A DNA stretch of 62,868 nucleotides, counting the filler. It is 4 parts of 4 records of this genome, joined end to end, with 100 filler letters (N's around TTAATTAATTAA, not from the genome) between each part and the next. Parts side by side here need not be neighbours in the genome. Positions count along the whole stretch, not along the records: positions 46,243 to 56,231 come from SRR2962707_5583; positions 56,332 to 62,868 come from SRR2962707_5590; 2 more parts are not named here. The stretch is one strand, 5' to 3'. The position numbers were made by a program, and so were the translations under genes. The notes below the pieces were generated by a model, which saw only the letters and a list, made by a program, of their open reading frames with translations, ran no database searches and had not been told where the DNA came from. Shown one piece after another: positions 47,964 through 56,880 of this stretch (position 1 is its first letter; each line of letters opens with the position of its first letter).

Positions 47964-49082
47964 ATGGATGTGACATCGGGGCCGACCCCGGCGGTCAGGC
48001 CGGACCGCGGGGGAAGCAGCACGGATTGGGAGGAAAGGATGATGCCCTGGCATTACCAGGGCGATCCGTTGGCGGAAGCGGTGGCCGCTCGGCTTCGGGA
48101 GCGGCGTGCTTTCCCGGGGGGCGCCGTGGCGACGGTTCGCCAACTGGCTGACGAAGGGGATGTGGATTGTCAGCGGCTGTGGGCGGATATGGAAACGGTG
48201 CCGGATTGGGTGGATTTTGGCCTGATGCGCCAGGGCGGCGCCATGGCGCAATGCCACTTCCCTCATCTGATTCTGGGCCTGACCTACGGCTGCATGCCTC
48301 TGACGTTCGCCCATCCGGATGCGGCGGCCATCTTTGTGCGCACCGGTCGTATGCAAGCCAATATCAGCCGTCGTCTGAATGAATCGGCCTCGCTGTTCTT
48401 CGGTGTTTGTGACAGTGATGCCCTGGCTCCGGGCAAGGCCATGTGGGAAGCCTGCTTACAGGTTCGCTTGGTCCATGCGCTGGTCAGAATGAAATGTTTG
48501 GCGGACGGATGGGATCAGCTCGGTCACGGCATGCCGGTCAGTCAACTGGCCACCGCCGCCGGGCCGGCTTTCTTTGGCGCTCACTTACTGGGTTGCATGC
48601 GCCGTCTGGGAGCCCGCATCAGCGACGAAGAAGCGGCCGGCTATTGCCTGATCTGGCGATATACCACGCGGTTGCTGGGCGTGCCGCTGGAATTACTGGG
48701 GGAGACGCAACGGCAACAGGATAACCTCGACACCTGGTTCATGAGCCAGTTTTTCGCCCCGGACGACACCGCGAAAACGATCATGGCCTCATTACTGGAG
48801 GGACTGTGCTCTTTGCCCCCCACATCGCGGTTGCCCCGCCCCCTGCAGGTTGCCTTGTTCCGCCGCATGCTGGGCGATGAGATGGCGGAGGGCTTCGGAA
48901 TTCCGGTCAGTCACGGAGGTGAGCAAGCACTATGGATGATGCGGCCGATGCTGGCCGGTCTCTCCCGCCTGCGAAGGGTTCCGGGCACGCCCACGGGGTT
49001 GCGGCACTTGGGGCAACGCATCCTCAGCCGGCTTGCTACCGAAGGACTGGTCAGCCCGGCAGCCGCCGGCACGACCAATTAG
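47964..49082 (+). CDS. Oxygenase MpaB/Lcp family protein (DUF2236)
   Basis: GDPLA, PDWVD, RRLNES, VRLVHALVR (heme-His motif), PVSQ, WRY...LLGVP; AGGAGG RBS; no signal peptide. Confidence 0.82.
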   Translation: MDVTSGPTPAVRPDRGGSSTDWEERMMPWHYQGDPLAEAVAARLRERRAFPGGAVATVRQLADEGDVDCQRLWADMETVPDWVDFGLMRQGGAMAQCHFPHLILGLTYGCMPLTFAHPDAAAIFVRTGRMQANISRRLNESASLFFGVCDSDALAPGKAMWEACLQVRLVHALVRMKCLADGWDQLGHGMPVSQLATAAGPAFFGAHLLGCMRRLGARISDEEAAGYCLIWRYTTRLLGVPLELLGETQRQQDNLDTWFMSQFFAPDDTAKTIMASLLEGLCSLPPTSRLPRPLQVALFRRMLGDEMAEGFGIPVSHGGEQALWMMRPMLAGLSRLRRVPGTPTGLRHLGQRILSRLATEGLVSPAAAGTTN

Positions 49083-49096
49083 GCAAGGGGTAAATA

Positions 49097-50098
49097 ATGA
49101 AAATAACGACCTGGAAGACAATACGGAATCTGGCGTTCTTGTTGCTGTTGGTGATACCGCCATCGCTGTCGGCGCGAACACTCTGTGTGTTCAGTCTGGT
49201 CGGTGCTCAGGGGGAACTCTGGGAGCAGATGGAAGATTACCGGGTGGCGGCCCTGCAATGGGGTGAGCCGCTGTCGTTACGGGTCTTCACCGATGAGCGG
49301 ATCGCGGCGGAAGACCTCAAGGTGGGGTTATGCGATGGCTTGATGATGACGGGCATGCGGGCACGCCAGTTCGTGCCGTTCACGGGTAGTATCGATGCCA
49401 TTGGCGGCCTGCATAATTACCGGAGTCTGCAGGTTCTGATCGAATTGCTGGCGGATCCGAGGCTGGCGGCCGCCATGCGCCATGGTGCCTATGAGACCGC
49501 GGGTATTTTGCCGTTGGGCGCGGCTTATCTGCATATCAATGACCGCGCCATCAACAGCGTGGAAAAAATGGCGGGCCATACCATGGCGGTATTCGATAAC
49601 GACCGGGCTCAGATCCTGATGGCGGAACATATCGGTGTGCGCCCGGTATTGTCCGACGTGAGTAATTTCTCATCGAAATTCAACAATGGTGTCGTCGATG
49701 TCATTGCCGCGCCGGCGGTGGCCTATAGGCCGCTGGAGCTCTATCGGGGCGTGGGCCTGCAAGGTGTGGTGCTGAAGCTGACCACGGTTCAACTGACGCT
49801 GCAGCTGGTGTTGCGCCACGAGCGCTTTTCACCGGAGTTCATGGCCCGCTCCCGCCACTATTTTGCCGACCAGTTTGAGCGGACCATGAAGGTGATCCGG
49901 GCCGCGGAAGACGACCTGCTGTTTTTCTATCCGCCTCCGGACAAGGACCGGGAACGGTATGCGCAGATGATGAACGAATCGCGCCGCTTCCTGATTGAGG
50001 CCGGCGTATACGACAGGGACATGATGCGTTGGCTGAAGAAAGTGCGCTGCAAGGTGTCTCCCGCCCGGGCGGAGTGCGTGGACGGAGGGGAATGGTGA
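49097..50098 (+). CDS. Putative solute-binding protein (AdeT/DUF6091-like, DctP fold)
   Basis: Signal peptide; LCVF, TDERIAAEDLK.G.CD, KFNNG.VD, AYRPLELY, KKVRC...C. Confidence 0.8.
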   Translation: MKITTWKTIRNLAFLLLLVIPPSLSARTLCVFSLVGAQGELWEQMEDYRVAALQWGEPLSLRVFTDERIAAEDLKVGLCDGLMMTGMRARQFVPFTGSIDAIGGLHNYRSLQVLIELLADPRLAAAMRHGAYETAGILPLGAAYLHINDRAINSVEKMAGHTMAVFDNDRAQILMAEHIGVRPVLSDVSNFSSKFNNGVVDVIAAPAVAYRPLELYRGVGLQGVVLKLTTVQLTLQLVLRHERFSPEFMARSRHYFADQFERTMKVIRAAEDDLLFFYPPPDKDRERYAQMMNESRRFLIEAGVYDRDMMRWLKKVRCKVSPARAECVDGGEW

Positions 50099-50550
50099 TG
50101 CGTTGGCTATATGGTTTATGCCTGCTGGGCCTGTTGGCGTCGTCCGCCCTGGTCCATGCCGATGCCGCTTCCCGATTGGTGGAGCGGTATGTGCAGGCCT
50201 TGCAGCAGAGGGATGATACCGCTCTGGCCGCGTTGCTGACGGAGGATACGAGGATCAAGGTGACGCTGCTGATGGGGCAGGAACCGCCTATGGTCATCTC
50301 CCTGACCCGTGCGGAGTATCTTCAGCAACAGCGCGCCTTATGGAACTTTGCCTCCGACCACGCGGTTACGGTAGGCGACCGGAGTGTTTCGGAAAAAGGG
50401 GAAGGCGCGTCGGTGACGTTTGAGCAAAAGGAGCGTTATAAGCTGTTGCAGGGGACGCTGAACCGGAATAGCCAGATGACCTTACGCACGCGGAGCCGGG
50501 ATGGGAAAAGCATCATCACCGAGATACAGGCGCGTATCAGGCAATGGTGA
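50092..50550 (+). CDS. Exported NTF2/SnoaL-like fold protein
   Basis: Signal peptide ending VHA; LVERYVQAL..RD..ALAALL.ED pattern; overlaps the previous stop. Confidence 0.65.
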   Translation: MVMRWLYGLCLLGLLASSALVHADAASRLVERYVQALQQRDDTALAALLTEDTRIKVTLLMGQEPPMVISLTRAEYLQQQRALWNFASDHAVTVGDRSVSEKGEGASVTFEQKERYKLLQGTLNRNSQMTLRTRSRDGKSIITEIQARIRQW

Positions 50551-50589
50551 ATGTGTGGCGGGGGCCGCCGACGGCCCCCGCGAGCCGGC

Positions 50590-50772
50590 TTATTGTTTGC
50601 CCGAGCCGTCTTCTCCCTTGGACGCCGCGGTTTTCAGCGCCGCATAGGCGAAGCCGATCAGCAGGCCGGTGGGAATCAGGCGCCACATTTCATCGAAGCC
50701 GAAGAAGAACCAGGCGGCGAGAATAACAGCGGTGAGGCCAAGCAGCAGGGCGACAAGTCGGGAAGCGGACAC
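50590..50772 (-). CDS. Small 2-TM membrane protein
   Basis: 60 aa, two hydrophobic segments, GTG start. Confidence 0.6.
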   Translation of the reverse strand: MSASRLVALLLGLTAVILAAWFFFGFDEMWRLIPTGLLIGFAYAALKTAASKGEDGSGKQ

Positions 50773-50878
50773 GGTGCTCTCGTGAATCGGTAGTGGACGG
50801 AGCCGCAGAGGCTAGCCGAGAGGCGGGGGCAAAGCAAACCGGAAGCCGGGCCGCTTCCGGTTTGTCGCCAATGACGCC

Positions 50879-51271
50879 TCAGCCGCGATAACTGTAGGCC
50901 TCCTGGGAGATGCCGCCGTAGCCATAGGCGGCGGCGCGGCAGTCGACGATGTGGATATTCGAGTGGGGATGGACATCGCCGAGCAGGCGACTCAATTCCT
51001 GAAACGCCCGGTCCTGGTAGTCCGCTTTCTGTTGTTTGGTATTGGTCTCGTCGGTGACGGTCACCACCAGCCGGAAAGAGTCCCTGTCCAACTCGGCCAG
51101 CGAGCGCCCGGCGATGAACCATTGCTCCCTGGGCAGATATCGGATTTGCACCATGGTGCGTTGCTCTTCCTTGTCCAGCACACGGCAGGTCAGGGCGGTG
51201 AGGGTTTTGGCGATATGGCGGGCCTGTGCGGGGTCGGGGGTGCCGGACAGGGTCAGATCAATACCGGGCAT
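50879..51271 (-). CDS. 4-oxalocrotonate tautomerase family protein (fused beta-alpha-beta)
   Basis: N-terminal Pro after Met; WFIAG, TNT..QK, YGYGGISQ. Confidence 0.85.
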   Translation of the reverse strand: MPGIDLTLSGTPDPAQARHIAKTLTALTCRVLDKEEQRTMVQIRYLPREQWFIAGRSLAELDRDSFRLVVTVTDETNTKQQKADYQDRAFQELSRLLGDVHPHSNIHIVDCRAAAYGYGGISQEAYSYRG

Positions 51272-51360
51272 GGCTCAAGTCTCCAGATGGGGCTTAGGTG
51301 ATCAGGAAGGGACAGGCTAGAGCAGATTTGGCCATCCGAATAACGGGAATATAAGATGGA

Positions 51361-51383
51361 ATCCATCGGTAAAACCGATGGAT
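51361..51383. promoter_or_regulatory. LysR binding site
   Basis: ATCCATCGGT-AAA-ACCGATGGAT perfect inverted repeat containing T-N11-A. Confidence 0.75.
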
Positions 51384-51407
51384 GGCGCAAGTTTGGAATG
51401 ACGTGCG

Positions 51408-52280
51408 ATGAAACGCTTCGATCTGGAATTGTTGAACACCCTGGTGACGGCGGTGGAGCAGGGCAGTCTGTCGGCGGCGGTGCCGATCCTGTGCCGTTCC
51501 CAGTCCACCCTCAGTGAGCAGGTGAGGAAGCTGGAGCAACAGTGCGGTGTGCCGTTGCTGGTGCGCGGCAAGCAGGGCGTGGTGCCGACCCCGGCGGGGC
51601 AAAGGCTGGTGGACCACGCGCGCAAGCTATTGGCTTTGAACGACGTCGCTTATCAGGATATGCAGGGTCTGTTACTGGCCGGGGACGTGCGGCTGGCGAT
51701 CACCGATTATTTTCGCCCGGACTGGGTGCCCACCCTGCTACGCCGTATCCGGGGCCGCTATCCGCGCTTGCGTTTGCATGTGGCGAGCCTGAAAAGCGCC
51801 TTCGTCGAAGAGGAAGTGACGGCGCGGGAGTACGATCTGGGCATTTCCATGATGCTGCCGGACGTGGCACCGCAGCCGCCCACCGGCACGGAGCAACGGC
51901 GGCTGCTACGCCGTGAGCCGTTATTCTGGGTGGCCCATTCTTCTCTGGAATTGACGCCTTCCGAGCCGGTGCCGATAGTGGCGCTGCCAGCCAGTTGCGC
52001 CTTGCATCGCTATACCATGAGCATGCTGGAAGCCCACCAGCGACCCTATTACATCGCCTATTCCGCGTCCGGAGTGGCGGGGATGCATCTGGCGTTGTCG
52101 GCGGGGCTCGGCGTCGCCTGCCTGAACGCCTCGGCGGTACCCGAAGGGCTGAGGCGGATCGATGACGCTCTCAAACTGCCCCGGTTGCCGCCGGTCCGTT
52201 TTCACATGTCCGCCGCCACGCCCACGGTGTCGGCGTTGGTGGCGGAAGTGCGGGAGATGTTGGCGCGGTCCGCGTGCTGA
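51408..52280 (+). CDS. LysR-family regulator
   Basis: GSLSAA..SQSTLSEQVRKLE..LLVRG..TPAG. Confidence 0.92.
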   Translation: MKRFDLELLNTLVTAVEQGSLSAAVPILCRSQSTLSEQVRKLEQQCGVPLLVRGKQGVVPTPAGQRLVDHARKLLALNDVAYQDMQGLLLAGDVRLAITDYFRPDWVPTLLRRIRGRYPRLRLHVASLKSAFVEEEVTAREYDLGISMMLPDVAPQPPTGTEQRRLLRREPLFWVAHSSLELTPSEPVPIVALPASCALHRYTMSMLEAHQRPYYIAYSASGVAGMHLALSAGLGVACLNASAVPEGLRRIDDALKLPRLPPVRFHMSAATPTVSALVAEVREMLARSAC

Positions 52281-52305
52281 GGGCCGCCATGGCGGAGATG
52301 ATGCC

Positions 52306-53274
52306 CTAGCTTCCCAGTCCGTCCAGGAACGTCTTGAGGTGCTGATTGACCTGGTCCGGTGCCTCCATCTGGATCCAATGACCGATGCCATCGAGGATGA
52401 TGATATCGGTGAGATCATCCATCTGCGACGGCATGCGTTCCAACGCCTTGGCGGCGAACTGGATCACCGGATCTTCCTCGCCACCAATGAACAGGGCGGT
52501 GGGCTGGATCCGCTGGCGGCCGTCGGCATGCTGTTCTTCCCAGGACGCGTCCATGGCCCGATACCAGTTGATCGGCCCGGTCAGACCGCTGTTTTCGAAG
52601 CGTTTCACATAGACGTCCAGATCCGACTCGGTCATCCAGGACGGTTGCGGCCCTTGCGGGGGCTGCAGAATGTCCAGGAAGCCGGTGACCGGCTTGGCGG
52701 CGCGATGTTTTTCCCGCATGCCGGGGCCGGACAGCGCATGGTACATACGGCGCAGAAAATCGCGTACATCCGCTTCCAGTTCCTGTTCCGGGATTTCCGG
52801 CTGTTGGAAGTACAGTTGATAGAAGAAACGCTCACCGAAGGCCTGGCGCATTTGCTCGGTGGGCCGGCGCGGGCCGATGCCGGGATAGGGAACGGAAAGC
52901 CCGACCACGGCACGCACCCGTTGCGGATACTCACGGGCCACCTGCCAGGCCAGGGCACAGCCCCAGTCGTGGCCGATCACCACCGCTTGCCCGGCATCGA
53001 AAGCGTCGAGAATGCCAATCACATCCTTGACCAGCTCGCTTTGCCGGTAGGCCATCGGGTCCTTGGGGGCGTCGCTGTAGCCGTAGCCGCGCAGATCCGG
53101 TACCAGCACGTGATAGCCTTGCCCGGCGAGAAAAGGCGCTTGATAACGCCAGGAGTACCCGCACTCGGGGAAACCGTGCAAGAGAATAATGGCGGGGCGG
53201 CCCCGTTCACCGTACTCACTGACGTGGAAGGTGAGACCGTTTGCTTCCACGCGCTGCTCTATAGCGTTTGCCAT
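52306..53274 (-). CDS. Epoxide hydrolase (alpha/beta hydrolase, soluble EH type)
   Basis: HGFPE, PDLRGYG.SD, GHDWG, FFYQLYFQ, NWYRA, GHWIQME. Confidence 0.88.
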   Translation of the reverse strand: MANAIEQRVEANGLTFHVSEYGERGRPAIILLHGFPECGYSWRYQAPFLAGQGYHVLVPDLRGYGYSDAPKDPMAYRQSELVKDVIGILDAFDAGQAVVIGHDWGCALAWQVAREYPQRVRAVVGLSVPYPGIGPRRPTEQMRQAFGERFFYQLYFQQPEIPEQELEADVRDFLRRMYHALSGPGMREKHRAAKPVTGFLDILQPPQGPQPSWMTESDLDVYVKRFENSGLTGPINWYRAMDASWEEQHADGRQRIQPTALFIGGEEDPVIQFAAKALERMPSQMDDLTDIIILDGIGHWIQMEAPDQVNQHLKTFLDGLGS

Positions 53275-53403
53275 GTCGAAATGCTGCCTGCTGTTATTGG
53301 AATGGGGGCGCGGCTTGTCCCGGCCCGACAGGAACAACAGCATACCGTGGGGAATGGGCGGAACAAAACAAAAACGCCGGATGCTCCGCCCCGGGGGTTG
53401 GGC

Positions 53404-54024
53404 CTATTGATCGTCAAACAAGCCGGCCTCGACCAGGCCGTTGGCGATGGTGTTGGCGAATTTCTCCGCGCCGGCTTCCAGTCCGCGTTGGTTCGCCGTT
53501 ACCGTGGTGCCTTGCCAGACAATCGCCTGTTGCGCCACGTCCCAGAAATCGGTGCGGGTCACATACAGGGTTTCGGTAATGAAGAAATCCGGGCCAAAGG
53601 TTTCCGGCTGCATGGTGAGGCCGGCGGTGACTGGTGCCTGGGAGGACGCCTCGCCACCGACGTGCACATCCTCCACATTTTTGTCGAGTAAATGGATTGC
53701 CACGGCACTGTCGAAACCTTCGTCACGCATGCGTTGCGCAAGATAGTCACGGCTTTTCCCCTCAATGCCTTTGTGGCCGTAAACATCCAGCGCCGCCTGG
53801 GCGTCGATGCCCCGGGCGCGCAACCGCTCAACGATGGCGTGTTCCAGCAGTGGCCGTACTTCATGGTCCACCAGCAGGCCAACCACCACCGACTGGTAAG
53901 GGGGCTGAGCGGCCTTTTCGGTGTTCGCTTTCACCTCCACCAGCCTGGTGTTGCTGTACACCGAAAGACAGCCGCTCAGTAACGTCAACAACAGAGCGGG
54001 AAGGGCGTATTTCCATGTTTTCAT
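53404..54024 (-). CDS. Lipoprotein of unknown function
   Basis: MKTWK..LLSGC lipobox; GAGG RBS; DFWDV..IVWQG tail. Confidence 0.75.
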   Translation of the reverse strand: MKTWKYALPALLLTLLSGCLSVYSNTRLVEVKANTEKAAQPPYQSVVVGLLVDHEVRPLLEHAIVERLRARGIDAQAALDVYGHKGIEGKSRDYLAQRMRDEGFDSAVAIHLLDKNVEDVHVGGEASSQAPVTAGLTMQPETFGPDFFITETLYVTRTDFWDVAQQAIVWQGTTVTANQRGLEAGAEKFANTIANGLVEAGLFDDQ

Positions 54025-54078
54025 CGGTTTTCCTCTTGCCTGCCGGCGGCCCGGGCCGCCGGCTTCCTTATAAAAAAA

Positions 54079-55824
54079 TCAGAATGTCACGCTGGTGCTC
54101 AGGGCAACGTAATCACGATCGGAGACGGTGCTGTAGGCCTGATCATTATAAGTGGTGTAGGACAGCGTGGTGGTGGTGTTGCGGTAATCGAAGCCCAGTG
54201 ACAGGCCCAGCGAGCGCTGGTCTTCCTGCAGGGCGTCATCGCTGGCGTAACCGTCCACGCCATGACGGAACGACAGTCCCGGAGTCACGGTGACCGGACC
54301 GAGCAGGTTGGCGTAGGTGGATTTCACCGAGACCTGATAGCCCCAACTGAAATCGGTGACGTAACCCTTGTCGCCCGGGTCGCCGACGCCGTATTGGGTG
54401 TGACGGCGGAAACGCATCTCGCTGGTGCTGGGCAAGTCCGGAATCCATTCAAACGCGGTTTGCAAGGACAGCACTGTTTTTTGCGCCTTGAGAAACTCGG
54501 GAACTACGGTGGTGAAGGTGAATTCGGCACGCTGGATGTCGAACTCCCGGTAGCCGTGAACCACATCGCCCGCCGCAACCCCGTTGATGTAGTCCTGAGT
54601 GCCGGAGGGTACTTTGGCATTGTTACCGCCCAGGGTGCTGCTGGCGGTTTGCGAGGTCAGGTCCGAGGTATTGATCTGGATCGGCATGTCCTTCAGATAA
54701 CTCAGATTCATGGACAGGTTGCCGATACCGGCGAAGGTCTTGTCGGCGGTCAGACCGAACACCTTGATGTCTTCCGGATACTCGTAGAAATAGTGAACCC
54801 GGTTGAACGGTGCCGGCTGTGCACTGGGTGTCTTCAGTTTACGGGTGGAGTAGATCGGCAAACGCATGTGGTAGTTGAAGTAGTAGGCGCCGACCTTGGC
54901 TTTGGCTTCGGCGAACTGGTAGTCGAACTTGAAGCCGTACTGGCCATTGCCGCGAGCGTCGTCGTCTCCTTCCCGCACGAAGTACAGTCCCTGTTCCTTG
55001 GCGTCCTGGCTCGGTAGTGGGGTGCTGCCGGAGAAGGTGCCGTTGCAGCCAATGGCGGTGTTGTCCAGGGAGGAGTAAAAAGTCCCGCAGCCATCCAGCA
55101 CGGCTTTCTCCCAGTCATATTGGTAGAACGCCTTGGCGGAAAGGTGCTCGAACGGACTGAATTCCAGGCTCACCATGCCAGAGGGAATCAGATATTCCTG
55201 ATAACCGGAACCCGGCCGATGCAATGCGGCCAGATCCACCGCGTTCAAAGACGATAGTGAGCCGCGGGAATACAGGCTGCGGCCCCACAGCAGGAACTGA
55301 TCCCCGATCTTTACCGACAACGGCCGGCCGTTCACCTCGAAGTTGCCGTAAACGTAAGCTTCCTGAAGGTTGCCGCCGGAAAACCGGGCGCGCCGGTCGA
55401 AGTCGTCGTCGTCGAGCGGTGTATCCGGCTGATAGTCGTTGGGGAAATGACCATGGGCAACATCCTGTTCCTTGAGGACATAGTCGTACCAGGCCTTGGC
55501 GCTGATCACCGCGCCATAATTCTGGTACTTGAAATCAAAGCGGCCGAACAGCTGCGCCACGCCATTGACCAGATCACCGGCGTCATAATTCATGTTGCCG
55601 TCATCGGCCACCGCCGAATTGGTTTGGCCGCCACCGGGCACGTCCGGCGCGAATAGCAGATCCTTGTTGGCGGACTGCACCCGCATGGCGGTACCGAGGG
55701 CGCCCTTCACCGTCCAGGCGACGCTGGCGTCCTCGCTCAGTTGGTTTTCGCCGGCCCAGGCCGGTATACACAGGGGCAGGGTGCCGAGGGTGCAGGCCAC
55801 CCCGGCCAGGACTTTTATCCTCAT
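54079..55824 (-). CDS. DUF1302 family outer-membrane protein
   Basis: Signal peptide; DDGNMNY, AWYD, EAYVYG, FYQYDW, EYPEDI..G, DRDYVALS, terminal Phe. Confidence 0.88.
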   Translation of the reverse strand: MRIKVLAGVACTLGTLPLCIPAWAGENQLSEDASVAWTVKGALGTAMRVQSANKDLLFAPDVPGGGQTNSAVADDGNMNYDAGDLVNGVAQLFGRFDFKYQNYGAVISAKAWYDYVLKEQDVAHGHFPNDYQPDTPLDDDDFDRRARFSGGNLQEAYVYGNFEVNGRPLSVKIGDQFLLWGRSLYSRGSLSSLNAVDLAALHRPGSGYQEYLIPSGMVSLEFSPFEHLSAKAFYQYDWEKAVLDGCGTFYSSLDNTAIGCNGTFSGSTPLPSQDAKEQGLYFVREGDDDARGNGQYGFKFDYQFAEAKAKVGAYYFNYHMRLPIYSTRKLKTPSAQPAPFNRVHYFYEYPEDIKVFGLTADKTFAGIGNLSMNLSYLKDMPIQINTSDLTSQTASSTLGGNNAKVPSGTQDYINGVAAGDVVHGYREFDIQRAEFTFTTVVPEFLKAQKTVLSLQTAFEWIPDLPSTSEMRFRRHTQYGVGDPGDKGYVTDFSWGYQVSVKSTYANLLGPVTVTPGLSFRHGVDGYASDDALQEDQRSLGLSLGFDYRNTTTTLSYTTYNDQAYSTVSDRDYVALSTSVTF

Positions 55825-56113
55825 TGTATTTCGCTCTCCACTGGGGCCGTTCGAACGGCCTCCGATCGTTGCTGTTTTTCTCTGTGCGTCACGACAAATC
55901 GGTCTGTTCCGACCAACGGTGAAAACCGGACGACGTCACCGTCCGCACCGTGTGCAAGGATCCTTCGGAGTGGGACCGGTGCCGGAAAAGGTATCGGGGC
56001 TGGCCATATCGGCGGGAGTGGTCCGGCAAGGCCGGCAGTACCCCATGGCGCCGAAAATGGAGCAGGCAGGTGTTGTTCTTTTGGTTTGGCCGCTGGTCCG
56101 TAGCGGAATGATC

Positions 56114-56231
56114 TTTTGTGTGACCACCGTCCCTGGTGGCCATCCTCCGGACCATCGCTAAAGCGATGTCCAAAATCGTTCCCGACGATTTTGTGTGACC
56201 ACCGTCCATGGCGGTCACCCTTCGGGCCGTC
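56114..56231. repeat. 75-bp tandem multi-hairpin repeat running into the contig end
   Basis: TTTTGTGTGACCACCGTCC at 56114 and 56189; hairpins CATCGC-TAAA-GCGATG, CAAAATCG-N7-CGATTTTG, TGACCACC..GGCGGTCA, CCC-TTC-GGG. Confidence 0.8.
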
Positions 56232-56331
56232 NNNNNNNNNNNNNNNNNNNNNNNNNNNNNNNNNNNNNNNNNNNNTTAATTAATTAANNNNNNNNNNNNN
56301 NNNNNNNNNNNNNNNNNNNNNNNNNNNNNNN
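56232..56331. other. Artificial contig linker
   Basis: N-run, TTAATTAATTAA, N-run. Confidence 0.98.
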
Positions 56332-56351
56332 TCACTCACTCACTCACTCAC
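56332..56351. repeat. (TCAC)n microsatellite
   Basis: Five TCAC units at the contig start. Confidence 0.9.
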
Positions 56352-56880
56352 TCTCGCTCACGCAGCACGAGCCTCCAGAACTCGCGCAGGAGCGGACTGA
56401 ACCACTCCGAAACCCGCCCTGAGTGAAGGTCACGTCTTCTGGACGAAGGAAGGCGGGCAGTGAAGTTGGTTTGGACTGACTGGTGGTAGACTGGTACTTT
56501 GGGCTTTGAAAGAGTTCCAAAAAGGCAGTCTGTGCTTGTGTTTTTGTTTTATTTTTATTTTTGTTTTATTTTTTTTATTTTTTCGCTGTTCTTTATTAGT
56601 TTGTGGTCTGTCCAATCTTCGCTTTTTGAAGTGAAAGCTCGTTTGCTGCTTGCTGATGTGTAGGTTGTTGCTGCGCTTTTCAAGCTGCCCTTCTGTTGGT
56701 CTCTGTTGGAATTGCTGTTGACTGTGAGCTTGGTCTGGGCGGACACGAATTGTGCTTTCCTTGTCGGTCAGCTGAGGTCATTATGTTCTACTTTGCTGGT
56801 TCTCTGCGTGCATCTGGTTGAGTCAATTTGTTCGAATCCCTTACAGCTGCTCGAATGCAGCTCGTGGTGAAACGCAAACG

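Noticed and set aside
52162..53691. 509-aa plus-strand ORF
   Set aside because: Lies antisense to the epoxide hydrolase and lipoprotein genes; no motifs; shadow ORF.
56114..56231. Possible CRISPR array (19-bp repeat seen twice)
   Set aside because: The intervening sequences are themselves homologous and palindromic rather than unique spacers, and there are no cas genes.
46302..56231. Intact integrative element or prophage at tRNA-Ser(GGA)
   Set aside because: The att-like duplicate is only 164 bp from the tRNA; no integrase, phage genes or distal att site are visible.
56530..56600. T-rich tract giving Lys/Asn-rich ORFs on the minus strand
   Set aside because: Low-complexity eukaryotic non-coding sequence (UTR, intron or promoter), not coding.
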